Below are positions 12,089 to 20,753 of a stretch of 64,000 bases of DNA, in pieces. The stretch is from positions 2,096-66,095 of the forward strand of contig CAZVTA010000002.1 of assembly GCA_964629815.1 (NCBI GenBank), written 5' to 3'. The translations under genes were made by a program, and so were the position numbers. How positions within the stretch are numbered: position 1 is the stretch's first letter; each line of letters opens with the position of its first letter. This DNA comes from an uncultured Candidatus Saccharibacteria bacterium. GTDB lineage: Bacteria; Patescibacteriota; Saccharimonadia; Saccharimonadales; AWTP1-31. The notes beneath the pieces were generated by a model. The model made no database searches. It was not told the origin of the DNA and saw only the letters and a program-made list of their open reading frames with translations.

Positions 12089-14974
12089 CTACTTTAGTCT
12101 AACCGTGTGCTCAGTATGAGACTGATCGCCAAGATGTATCTGACCATCTGTTGTTGCTTGTTGCTGCACAGGAACGGGCGTAGTCGCCGAAGGTAGAGTT
12201 GCTTGCTGAGATAGGCTGGCCGGCGTAGTAGACTGTGGGGCACTAGCAGGCTGTACAGACGGAAACGATCCTGCAGGTGGATATTGTGGCGTCTGCAACG
12301 AGTTCATCGCTCCTGCAGGCTGCTGAGGAGCCTGAGCATAGTTTTGCTGCTGCTGGAATGGTCGTTGCCGCATCGCAGCTGGCTGTGGAGCTGTTGGCAT
12401 ACTCTTTTTCGCTAACCAGTCATCCAAGAAAGAAGATCCGGTCGAAGGCTGTTTTGGTCGTTGGGCACCAAAACCCGCAGGAGCACCGGGTCGCGGTCCG
12501 GCAACAGCGTCTTGCTTGGCGTCTTCTACCGTACGCAGTCTATCGAAAATTTCTTTATCAACCTGGGCTTTTGGTCGACCATATTTAGCTTGAGATAACT
12601 GCTTGAGCGCATCACCTAGCTCTTTATTTGGGGTACCCAGTGGGGGCAATCCAGCCATACTGAATGGCTGCGTCGGTATACCGCCAATCAATGTTCGCAC
12701 AATTGCATTCCAGTTTGGAACACGCAGCAAGTCATCACCATCAAAAAGCGGCTGAAAATAGCGAGAAAGCGACTCTACATCGTTCTGGCCAATACGAAAC
12801 GAAACAATCGTACCCATATTACCGAATACCGCATCTCTAATTTCATCGGTCAGCTGGGTTGTAAACTGGTTTGCGACAATAAGATTAAGGTGGTATTTTC
12901 GCGCTTCGGACATAATGGTTGCGAATGAGTCAGTTGAGAAGTTCTGGAACTCATCCACATACAAACAGAAGTCTTGACGCTCGCTCTCGGGCACGTTTGC
13001 ACGGCTCATTGCAGCAGCCTGAAACTTCATTACGAATATCATACCTAACAGTTTTGAGTTCAGCTCACCCGTTTTTCCTTTGCTGAGATTTACCAGCAGG
13101 ATCTTCTTGTTGTCCATTATTTCGCGCAAGTTAAACGAGCTTTTTGTTTGACCAATGATATTTCGCATCATCTCATTAGCCATGAACGCGCCGAACTTAC
13201 TCACAAACCATCCCAGCACCTCACTCTTATGATAATCACTCGTTTGGGCCATTTCTTTATTCCAGAAATCTAAAACAGTCTGATCAGTTACGTGCTGGAG
13301 CTTCTGCTTGGCATATTTGTTGTCGGTAAAGACTTTTGGGATATCAATAAATGTAGCCCCTTCAGGATCGGCCATAATAGTCAGAGCCGCCATTCGAAAC
13401 CAGTGTTCATAACGGGGGCCAATTATCCCTTGTCGTTGTGGGTCGTACAACTTATAAAGCATATTGATCGCTTCTTGAATCAGGAAGTCTTTTTGCTCAG
13501 GACTGTGGAATTCAAACATATTGAGCCCCATAGGAAAGTCCATATCGGCAGGATTAAAGTAAATAACGTCTTCGGTGCGCTCTTTTGGTACCATAGATAA
13601 TAATTTCTCTGCAGTATCACCGTGAGGATCAACGAATGCAAAGCCATCCCCGTTCAACATATCCTGCAATGCAAGATTCTCTAGAAAAGTAGACTTACCA
13701 GTACCGGTCTGTCCAACGACATACATATGTCGCTGCCTATCGTTGAGTGTCAGCCTGATAGGCTTCTTAGCACCCCTAAACAAGTTGTACCCCAATAACA
13801 GCCCATCTTCAGGTATATTGCGCGGAGCATCGACCTGCTTAGAAGCCTGTCTCTCGAGTTGGGCGGTTGGTATATTCTTTTGGTCGGGAAAATGAAAGAG
13901 CGTAGCAAGCTCAACCGAGTTTAGAATGTTTTGATTACTCTCTTGTGGGAAAAATCGCAATATAAACGCCGTAATAAAGCTATCCATATCTTTTGCAGCA
14001 GTATATTTAAAGCCGTTTTTACCCGGAGCATCAAACAACGCAAATGCTGCAACAATGTTATTCAAAATAGAATGAGCTTTTTGGGATATATTTGATGACG
14101 CAACAACACGGATGAGCACTTCATAACCTGGGTAGCGCGTCTTATCATCTACTGCGTCAAGAATTTGCTGGTCAAGACCTGATAAATCATTTTTCTTCTC
14201 TTCTTTTTTCTCGCCCGACTTATCTTCTGGCGGCTTAGCTACGGCGGTAGCAAGCTGGCCTGCCCACCATAAAGCCTTTGTTGCGCCCTTCTTATCTTCT
14301 TTGCCCTTTCGCTTCTTTGAGGCAATATCCTGGGCGGTCTTCCGCCACTCTGGATTAGCGGGACGCATAAGTATCTGTATACCTGCACCATCTTCCTTAT
14401 CGAGCGTGGATAATGCGTTCAGAATTGACTGTAATGCGTCTCGCTTAATCTCCTGATAGGTCGCAATCGGGTATGCAAACTCCTTTTTCAGAGTTAACTC
14501 ACCGCCTATCGTTCCCGCAAGACGACCAACTGGACTAAAAATATTGTGTTCAGCCACTTCCTCAAGCTGGGCGGTTGGATATGAGCTAATCACCGCTTGC
14601 TTCACGACATCCACGAGAGCCACAGGAACCGCTGCATAAAAATGAACAAAACCCTTGCTGCCTATGATTTCGAAGGCAAAGTGCCTTTGGCCGTAGAATT
14701 TACTCTTAAAACCCTTTTGGACAGTACTCGCGATAATACCGTACAACACCTGTGCCTTTGATATATTCTCTTCCGTAACATCACGTATATCACGTCCGTT
14801 ACCTTCTATATCTTCACTGGGTGGCGGCATATGAATAAGTAATGGCACCATTTTGAGACCACGCTCAAAGTTCTTCTGCTCTCGGAGCAATTTCCTAGAA
14901 TAGAAGTAAGCTATCGCTCCCGCACCAGCAAGAATAAATAAGAACACGACGACGACATACAAGATTGGCGACAT
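12089..14974 (-). CDS. Membrane-anchored P-loop ATPase resembling type IV coupling proteins (TraD/TraG/VirD4, FtsK/HerA superfamily)
   Basis: 961 aa with an N-terminal TM. Walker A is VVGQTGTGKST and Walker B is LYVDEFQNF. ARKYHLNLIVANQFTTQL resembles the TraG/TraD C-terminal region. The C-terminal tail is long and Q/P/A-rich. Confidence 0.6.
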   Translation of the reverse strand: MSPILYVVVVFLFILAGAGAIAYFYSRKLLREQKNFERGLKMVPLLIHMPPPSEDIEGNGRDIRDVTEENISKAQVLYGIIASTVQKGFKSKFYGQRHFAFEIIGSKGFVHFYAAVPVALVDVVKQAVISSYPTAQLEEVAEHNIFSPVGRLAGTIGGELTLKKEFAYPIATYQEIKRDALQSILNALSTLDKEDGAGIQILMRPANPEWRKTAQDIASKKRKGKEDKKGATKALWWAGQLATAVAKPPEDKSGEKKEEKKNDLSGLDQQILDAVDDKTRYPGYEVLIRVVASSNISQKAHSILNNIVAAFALFDAPGKNGFKYTAAKDMDSFITAFILRFFPQESNQNILNSVELATLFHFPDQKNIPTAQLERQASKQVDAPRNIPEDGLLLGYNLFRGAKKPIRLTLNDRQRHMYVVGQTGTGKSTFLENLALQDMLNGDGFAFVDPHGDTAEKLLSMVPKERTEDVIYFNPADMDFPMGLNMFEFHSPEQKDFLIQEAINMLYKLYDPQRQGIIGPRYEHWFRMAALTIMADPEGATFIDIPKVFTDNKYAKQKLQHVTDQTVLDFWNKEMAQTSDYHKSEVLGWFVSKFGAFMANEMMRNIIGQTKSSFNLREIMDNKKILLVNLSKGKTGELNSKLLGMIFVMKFQAAAMSRANVPESERQDFCLYVDEFQNFSTDSFATIMSEARKYHLNLIVANQFTTQLTDEIRDAVFGNMGTIVSFRIGQNDVESLSRYFQPLFDGDDLLRVPNWNAIVRTLIGGIPTQPFSMAGLPPLGTPNKELGDALKQLSQAKYGRPKAQVDKEIFDRLRTVEDAKQDAVAGPRPGAPAGFGAQRPKQPSTGSSFLDDWLAKKSMPTAPQPAAMRQRPFQQQQNYAQAPQQPAGAMNSLQTPQYPPAGSFPSVQPASAPQSTTPASLSQQATLPSATTPVPVQQQATTDGQIHLGDQSHTEHTVRLK

Positions 14975-14980
14975 ACCCTA

Positions 14981-15334
14981 TTAGCCCTCGCTTGTTTTTA
15001 CATCTTTATTAAAACGTTTTTTGATGTAATCAGCTTTATACTTACCAAGTTCTTTACTCTGGGCGCTTGGATCATCTTTTGTTTTCGAGATGATCGACTT
15101 TGCGCGTATAACCCATTCTTTCTCTATCACATCGATATCGTCTGCGTTTGATGGAGATACAGCCGAAGCAGCTTGTTGCACACTAGTGCTTTGTGGTGGC
15201 GATATTGGAACACCTGTCGGAACATCCGCGTTAACTAACGGCTGAGGATTTGGCGCGTTCGCAGCTCCACCAGGATTAACCTGGGGCACTGGTAAGCTGG
15301 CCTGTGACTGGTCGGAAGTAGTATTTGGTTGCAT
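14981..15334 (-). CDS. Hypothetical P/Q-rich protein (117 aa from internal Met)
   Basis: The ORF track gives 14981..15391. That start would overlap the upstream gene by 31 nt, so MQPNTTSDQ at 15334 is preferred. Confidence 0.4.
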   Translation of the reverse strand: MQPNTTSDQSQASLPVPQVNPGGAANAPNPQPLVNADVPTGVPISPPQSTSVQQAASAVSPSNADDIDVIEKEWVIRAKSIISKTKDDPSAQSKELGKYKADYIKKRFNKDVKTSEG

Positions 15335-15360
15335 CTTATACGAATTATACCAGATATAAT

Positions 15361-15723
15361 CTACTGAAATCGAATATTTCGAACATACCATCCACCAAGG
15401 ACAACCAGTACGAACAACAATATAATGTCTTTAATACCGAGTTGACCCATCGACTTAAGTAAAATTGCTATAGTAGGAGCAACAGATAAGAGTATCACGA
15501 GTAAAGTTTGTTTGCTGTTTCGTCGTGTTACAACTTCTCTAAACCCAGACACAACGAACGAGACCGTCATAAATAGTGCGCAAAATACGAGCACTAAAGG
15601 AAAGAACAACAAGCCCACTGGCAGTTCGCGCGGATTAGTTAATGACATAAATAATGCAATAACAGCGTAAATTGCCAATAGGCTCAAGAGCGAACGTAGT
15701 CTATGTTTTTCACTCGTTTGCAC
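15361..15723 (-). CDS. Hypothetical integral membrane protein (120 aa, about 4 TM)
   Basis: Four hydrophobic stretches. It is the first gene of the minus-strand cluster 15723..12089. Confidence 0.5.
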   Translation of the reverse strand: MQTSEKHRLRSLLSLLAIYAVIALFMSLTNPRELPVGLLFFPLVLVFCALFMTVSFVVSGFREVVTRRNSKQTLLVILLSVAPTIAILLKSMGQLGIKDIILLFVLVVLGGWYVRNIRFQ

Positions 15724-16492
15724 ATCTCCTCCTCATCGTTACGTCTATACCATTTCATAACGCCGTACCCCAAGTCTGATACAGGCTACATGGAGCCGGA
15801 CGGTAAATGCGCTTATTATTATAGACTACTTAGCGCTTACCGCCCTAGCTGTGACTGACCGCTCTTGTTGCGTTTAGCGCAACATAGAGCGTTATGTGTA
15901 AGTTTTGTTTTTGTAACTCACATAAAAACAATACTACTTATGTTTACCGTAGTCAACTATTTTTTATAGTTATTTTTACATCGTTGAACTGTTAATCTGC
16001 CCGTATTATAAAAATGAATACATATTTTTTGTTGTTCTTTGTGCATCATATAAATTACGTGAAGCCTACTTTTCGGCTGATATTGGTCTGCAATTCGGTG
16101 CTATTTAGAAATAAGCTAACGTGTGCCCATGCTCCACATGCCGAAATAATTCTACATTGCTGCCCTGTCAGCCTGCTGAACAATCATATCGCCCAGCAGG
16201 CTATTGCATATATACACATTACTTAAACTCCATGCATCGTAACCTTGAACAAAAATGTGTAGTGGCATAGCTTCCTTTTAGGCGTCTACTGGGCAACTAG
16301 ACACGTCGCACAATGCTATCTTCGCAACCTATGTAAATAAGATTCTTTACGGCGAATATGCCACCAGCTCAGCTGCAACCACGCACGCCATTTACACCCC
16401 TTTTTACGTAACAACTCCCGACCACACCAGCAATACCTTCCCCTTGTGTAAAAGTTATACACAGGTTTGTGCAGCTTTTTACCATAATCGTG

Positions 16493-16521
16493 TTGACAGT
16501 GTTTTTTGGAATCTATAAGAT
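16493..16521 (+). promoter_or_regulatory. Promoter (TTGACA-17-TAAGAT) driving a short non-coding unit
   Basis: TTGACA at 16493-16498, a 17 nt spacer, TAAGAT at 16516-16521. Confidence 0.45.
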
Positions 16522-16527
16522 AGGCTT

Positions 16528-16680
16528 AGCACTTGAATAAAAAAAGTGCTCAAAAACAAAAACGTATCTGTAACAACGGCTTCTCGCAAGCCGTTGTTCC
16601 ATACAGAGCTCTAGCTGAAAGAAAAATAAACACGCTACAAAAACCATTAATGCTCCGCGATCTGCGGGGCATTTTTTATT
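16528..16680 (+). ncRNA. Candidate small RNA (about 150 nt), family unknown
   Basis: Bounded by the promoter above and a terminator: ATGCTCCGC-GATCT-GCGGGGCAT followed by TTTTTTATT (16650-16680). Internal hairpins are AGCACTT...AAGTGCT and a perfect 11 bp stem AACAACGGCTT-CTCGC-AAGCCGTTGTT. It holds no plausible ORF. Confidence 0.4.
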
Positions 16681-16722
16681 ACGGTTTTGTTTAAAAATAA
16701 CAAAGTGTGTATATATGTTTTT

Positions 16723-18252
16723 ATGAGTGCGCATTGCTCGACAATCATCAGCAAGGGCATGGATGGACACCACATTCGCGTGGAATGCCATATTTCGCGC
16801 GGGCTCCCTAGCATCATGATTGTGGGGCTTGCAACTAAGTCAGTTGATGAAGCGAAAGAACGGGTTCGCAGCGCTTTTACCAGCTCAGGTCTGACGCTAC
16901 CCAGGCAACGCATCGTTATAAACCTAGCTCCAAGTGACATACCAAAAGATAGCGCAAGCATAGATATTGCTATTGCGGTTGCAATACTAATGGCTGACAA
17001 GCAGATAAAAGACTCGCTTGTTGCATCGTCTGTGTTTATCGGTGAATTAAGCCTCACTGGGGATGTAACTGCAGTACCAGGAATTATTGGAAAGCTTCAG
17101 GCTGCAAAAAGGCTCGGCCTTACAACATGCTACGTCCCTGCTGAAAATATCGAGCACGCACGCATAATCAAAGGCCTAACCATACATCCTATTAAAAACC
17201 TACGAGAGCTGTACCTACACCTGACCAATACCCGTATTGTACCTCGTGCAACCTATAAAGAGCCCTCAGCCGTACAAACAATATACAACAATGACATTAC
17301 AGAAATCATTGGCCAGGCCAAAGCAAAGCGAGCGCTTGAAATTGCTGCAGCCGGTGGACACAATATACTGCTATCTGGGCCACCTGGAACAGGAAAAAGC
17401 ATGCTAGCGAAAGCATTTCGAAGCATTTTACCGCCAATGAATAGCGAAGAGATACTTGAAACCACTCATATACACAGTCTTGGCCAAAATCAATGCGAAC
17501 TAGTAACTGAGCGACCCTTTAGAGCCCCCCACCATACAAGCAGTACGACGGCTCTGATAGGAGGAGGAAACAACCCAAAGCCAGGAGAAATAAGCCTCAG
17601 CCATAACGGAGTATTGTTTCTTGACGAAATACCAGAATTCTCTCGTTCGAGCATAGAATCATTGCGCCAACCACTAGAAGATAAGCATGTTACCGTGTCT
17701 AGAATAAAAGATACGACCACTTTCCCTGCCAACTTTACCCTTATTGCAACGGCCAACCCATGTCCATGCGGCAATTTCGGCTCACAAAAACAATGCGACT
17801 GTAGCCCACTACAAATTACAAAATATCAAAGCAAACTTTCCGGCCCGGTCATGGACCGCATTGATCTCTATCTAGAGGTCGCGGATATAGCATATAAAAA
17901 ACTGCTCGATAACAAGCACGACGGAGAAACGTCAACAACTATAAGGAAAAGAGTTATCAATGCTCGACACATACAAAACGCACGACTTAAAAACAACCGG
18001 ACAAATAGCTCGCTCACTAACGCCGAACTAAAAACCATAGCCTATCTTTCTCCTGAAGCACGCGTCTTGCTTGATCGGGCCGCCGAGAGACTTGAGCTTT
18101 CTGCTCGTTCATATATGCGCACGATAAAAGTTGCTCGCACTATCGCAGACCTCGAGTCAAGCAAAGAAATTCGCGTAGAGCACCTTAGTGAGGCTCTGCA
18201 GTACAGAAAACGCACAAACACGAATAGCATTTATTCTCACCCGATATCGTAA
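16723..18252 (+). CDS. comM: Mg-chelatase-like AAA+ protein, YifB/ComM family
   Basis: Start moved to MSAHCST because the family begins just before the conserved GLPSIMIVGL...EAKERV segment. Walker A LLSGPPGTGKSMLAK, Walker B GVLFLDEIPEF, and a C-terminal Mg-chelatase domain. TATATA lies 7 nt upstream of the ATG. Confidence 0.85.
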   Translation: MSAHCSTIISKGMDGHHIRVECHISRGLPSIMIVGLATKSVDEAKERVRSAFTSSGLTLPRQRIVINLAPSDIPKDSASIDIAIAVAILMADKQIKDSLVASSVFIGELSLTGDVTAVPGIIGKLQAAKRLGLTTCYVPAENIEHARIIKGLTIHPIKNLRELYLHLTNTRIVPRATYKEPSAVQTIYNNDITEIIGQAKAKRALEIAAAGGHNILLSGPPGTGKSMLAKAFRSILPPMNSEEILETTHIHSLGQNQCELVTERPFRAPHHTSSTTALIGGGNNPKPGEISLSHNGVLFLDEIPEFSRSSIESLRQPLEDKHVTVSRIKDTTTFPANFTLIATANPCPCGNFGSQKQCDCSPLQITKYQSKLSGPVMDRIDLYLEVADIAYKKLLDNKHDGETSTTIRKRVINARHIQNARLKNNRTNSSLTNAELKTIAYLSPEARVLLDRAAERLELSARSYMRTIKVARTIADLESSKEIRVEHLSEALQYRKRTNTNSIYSHPIS

Positions 18253-18280
18253 AAATAACCACTAAAAACAAAAAAGCGTA

Positions 18281-18309
18281 TTGACCCCTGTTGCTTTGTT
18301 TGGTAAACT
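18281..18309 (+). promoter_or_regulatory. Promoter of infC-rpmI-rplT (TTGACC-17-TAAACT)
   Basis: TTGACC at 18281-18286, a 17 nt spacer, TAAACT at 18304-18309. Confidence 0.5.
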
Positions 18310-18345
18310 AGCATGTAACCTTAATCGTTCAAGGAGAAACTAGGT

Positions 18346-18873
18346 ATCACCAAGACAACTCGCTTGAATCATATGATTCGAGCAAATCAACTGCGTGTTA
18401 TTGACCAAGAAGGCAAGCAGCTCGGTATACTTTCTCGCGCAGAAGCACTACGTGCCGCAGAAGAACAAGGATTGGATCTGGTCGAAATATCGCCTGATGC
18501 AAATCCGCCCGTCGCTAAAATAATAGACTGGGGAAAGTTCAATTACCAACGCACAAAGCAACTGCAAAAGAATAAGAAGAGCGCTAAAGCCGTCGAAGTT
18601 AAACAGATGCGTTTTGGTTTAAAAATTGGTGATCATGATCTCGGAGTCAAGACTCGTAAGATCACATCCTTTCTCGAGGCTGGCCATAAGGTGAAGATCA
18701 CGGTAGTCTATCGCGGTCGAGAGCTTGCCCACAAGGATCTAGGTTTTAAACTTGCCGATAAAGTAATCGAGAGTTTTGGTGATTCGATCGTCGTCGATCA
18801 AAAGCCTCAACTTAACGGAAAACAGTTAAACTTTGTAGTCAGGAGCTCCAATGCCAAAGCTAAAAACACATAG
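18346..18873 (+). CDS. infC: Translation initiation factor IF-3, probably with a non-canonical ATC start
   Basis: RLNHMIRANQLRVIDQEGKQLG matches the conserved IF-3 N-terminus (E. coli RINGEIRAQEVRLTG), so the first ATG (18373) lies inside conserved sequence. GGAG at 18333-18336 is followed 9 nt later by in-frame ATC at 18346. TTG at 18364 is the alternative. Confidence 0.85.
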   Translation: MTKTTRLNHMIRANQLRVIDQEGKQLGILSRAEALRAAEEQGLDLVEISPDANPPVAKIIDWGKFNYQRTKQLQKNKKSAKAVEVKQMRFGLKIGDHDLGVKTRKITSFLEAGHKVKITVVYRGRELAHKDLGFKLADKVIESFGDSIVVDQKPQLNGKQLNFVVRSSNAKAKNT

Positions 18874-19045
18874 CGGAACAAAAGATCGCATTAAACTTAC
18901 CAAGAACGGTAAAGTAATGCGCCGCCACTCTATGAGCAGCCACTTTTTACAAAAGAAAAGTGCAGCTCGTAAGCGTACTTTTGCTGGCGTTGAGGCTATC
19001 ACAGGAAAAGCAAAGAAGAACATTAAGCTGAAACTAGGAGCCTAA
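18851..19045 (+). CDS. rpmI: 50S ribosomal protein L35
   Basis: [22 protein letters not shown]... is typical L35. It sits between infC and rplT. Confidence 0.95.
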   Translation: MPKLKTHSGTKDRIKLTKNGKVMRRHSMSSHFLQKKSAARKRTFAGVEAITGKAKKNIKLKLGA

Positions 19046-19047
19046 TT

Positions 19048-19392
19048 ATGCGAGTTAAACGAGGAGTAACTTCTCACGCCCGCCATCAGAAGATACGGAA
19101 AGCTACTAAGGGCATGACCCGAGGTAACCGATCAAGCATTAAGCGCGGTAAGCAAGCCGTAACCAAATCATTACAGTACGCCTACCGCGATCGACGCAAT
19201 CGTAAGCGAACATTTCGTGCACTATGGAACGCTCGCATTAATGCCGCAGCCCGACTTAACGACACGACGTACAGCCGTTTTATAGCTGCCCTAAAAAGCG
19301 CCAATATTGAACTTGACCGTAAAGTACTAAGCGAAATCGCCGTAAACGAACCAGAAGCGTTTAGCGCAATCGTAAAAGCAAGTACGAAATAA
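19048..19392 (+). CDS. rplT: 50S ribosomal protein L20
   Basis: [22 protein letters not shown]...[17 protein letters not shown] is typical L20. Confidence 0.95.
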   Translation: MRVKRGVTSHARHQKIRKATKGMTRGNRSSIKRGKQAVTKSLQYAYRDRRNRKRTFRALWNARINAAARLNDTTYSRFIAALKSANIELDRKVLSEIAVNEPEAFSAIVKASTK

Positions 19393-19440
19393 TTACGTTC
19401 GTTCTGGCAAAAACAACAGTTCTTATGGTATAATACCCCT

Positions 19441-19778
19441 GTTGGGCTATCGGCTAATCGCCTGCTTTTACAGGAGGAAAGTCCGGGCAGCAACGGGAGA
19501 GGACAGTTGCTAACGGCAACCGGGGGTAACCCTAGGGAAAGTGCCACAGAAACCAAACCGCCTAACTATTGTTAGGTAAGGGTGAAACGAGCGAGGTAAG
19601 AGCTCGCATTTTATGTCGGTGACGGCAAAAAACGGTAAACCCTGTCCGCTGCAAGGAGATGCATCAAGCACAAGACTCCCACTTTGATGCATCACAAGAA
19701 CCGCTCGATCTACAGAGTAATCTATAGACTAGATAGATGATTAGCTAAAACAGAACCCGGCTTACGGATAACCCAGCA
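19441..19778 (+). ncRNA. rnpB: RNase P RNA, bacterial type A
   Basis: Contains GGAGGAAAGTCCGGGC near the 5' end and ACAGAACCCGGCTTA near the 3' end. P1 forms between GTTGGGCTATC and GATAACCCAGC. An extended -10 TGGTATAAT (19426-19434) sits 7 nt upstream. Confidence 0.9.
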
Positions 19779-19784
19779 CCTAAG

Positions 19785-19814
19785 ACACCCTACAAATTAC
19801 GAGGGTGTTTTTTG
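19785..19814. terminator. Terminator after rnpB, overlapping the 3' end of the convergent RNase H gene
   Basis: ACACCCT-loop-AGGGTGT followed by TTTTTTG. Confidence 0.6.
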
Positions 19815-20612
19815 TTGTTCTGCCGCATCGAGCACCTCGTTCACCATTGCATCTGCGATCTTATTGAGCTCCCTTGGTACGTGCGTAAAAGTAATGTGCG
19901 TAAATTGCTCAGCAAGCTGTTTAGTAGAAAGATACACCGGCAATAAATCTCGGTTCTTAACTTTAAAAATGCCCTTCATTTGGTTAATAACAAGCATACT
20001 ATCCATAAAGACCTGCAAATGCGTTATACGACGCCTCAGCGCCTCTTCTAGGCCAATTTTTAACGCATGGTATTCAGCCTGATTATTAGTAGTAACTCCC
20101 AAGAAAAGCCCGTTCTCAACAATTATCTTGTCATGTTCATCTATGAGCGCAAAACCGCTCGCCGATGGCCCGGGGTTGCCCCTTGAACCACCGTCAGCAT
20201 ACAACTTTACTTTTTGCCTATTGGCAGCGTTCGAAACCTCTTTTACATTAAAGTTTTCTTCAGTTGTATTAGGCGTAAACGTAAAACGAATAATCTTTAC
20301 TGGCGTCTGTTCGTCTATCTGCGGTCCATAGAACAATCGATACTGCTTTATTGCCTCTTTGGCCGAAGCGAACTTCTGCTCTCCTTCCATATCGTCAGAA
20401 GCAATAGCGCCAAGTTGTTTTTCTATAATCGAAACAATGCGCGCCGTCCCTAGTACCTTCCATGTTTTTGGGTCAGTAGGCTCAATTTTATCGATGATAG
20501 AAACATCATCATTCACATGCAAATCTTTATCATCGTTGATCCGCCATGTTACGCTAACCGTACCATTTACAATTTCTGCTGCGTACCTGTGATCAATTTT
20601 TAGTGATTTCAT
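19797..20612 (-). CDS. Fusion protein: N-terminal ASCH/PUA-like domain plus C-terminal RNase HI
   Basis: 271 aa. The C-terminal 140 aa has LYADGGSRGNPGPSASG...NNQAEYHALKIGLE...VPRELNKIADAMVN, which supplies the RNase H type 1 catalytic D/E/D residues. The N-terminal 125 aa resembles small ASCH beta-barrel proteins; that part is a weak call. Confidence 0.75.
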   Translation of the reverse strand: MKSLKIDHRYAAEIVNGTVSVTWRINDDKDLHVNDDVSIIDKIEPTDPKTWKVLGTARIVSIIEKQLGAIASDDMEGEQKFASAKEAIKQYRLFYGPQIDEQTPVKIIRFTFTPNTTEENFNVKEVSNAANRQKVKLYADGGSRGNPGPSASGFALIDEHDKIIVENGLFLGVTTNNQAEYHALKIGLEEALRRRITHLQVFMDSMLVINQMKGIFKVKNRDLLPVYLSTKQLAEQFTHITFTHVPRELNKIADAMVNEVLDAAEQQKTPS

Positions 20613-20633
20613 ATTTCTATTCTACCCTGTTTA

Positions 20634-20710
20634 TGGTCGGGGTGACAGGACTTGAACCTGCGACCTCACGGCCCCCAGCCGTACGCGCTAGCCAACTGCG
20701 CCACACCCCG
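20634..20710 (-). tRNA. tRNA-Pro (anticodon GGG), CCA encoded
   Basis: Reverse complement is CGGGGTG...TACGG-CTGGGGG-CCGTG...GGTTCAAGTCC...CACCCCGACCA. Confidence 0.95.
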
Positions 20711-20725
20711 ACACTATTCTTTAGG

Positions 20726-20753
20726 TAAAAAACACCTCTATTCAGAGGTGTTT
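20726..20753 (-). terminator. Hairpin terminator upstream of tRNA-Pro, closing the M50 protease transcript or a small RNA
   Basis: ACACCTCT-ATTC-AGAGGTGT. On the minus strand it is followed by TTTTTTACC. Confidence 0.55.

Noticed and set aside
15781-15900. Possible tmRNA. TGGAGCCGGACGG on the plus strand looked like the complement of a tRNA-like 3' end, and the minus strand holds a TAATAATAA triple stop.
   Set aside because: There is no T-arm (GGTTCGA-type) sequence, no GGGG...acceptor partner, and no credible resume codon. The only in-frame peptide before the triple stop is 5 aa (ALSSL). The resemblance is superficial.
15724-16492. Replication origin. The interval is a divergent gene-orientation switch with an AT-rich core and one TTATACACA box. 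Near nrdR there are also DnaA-box-like TTACCCACA and TTATCCACT at 26921-26948, and TGAGGATAA at about 26410.
   Set aside because: There is only one exact box, no cluster of boxes, and no dnaA/dnaN nearby. Gene orientation switches many times in this window. It cannot be supported without whole-contig GC skew.
19797-20612. A retron, DGR or reverse-transcriptase element suggested by the RNase H domain.
   Set aside because: There is no RT palm motif (YxDD) anywhere in the ORF or its neighbours. I noticed no template/variable repeat pair and no msr/msd-like structure. It is a cellular-type RNase HI.
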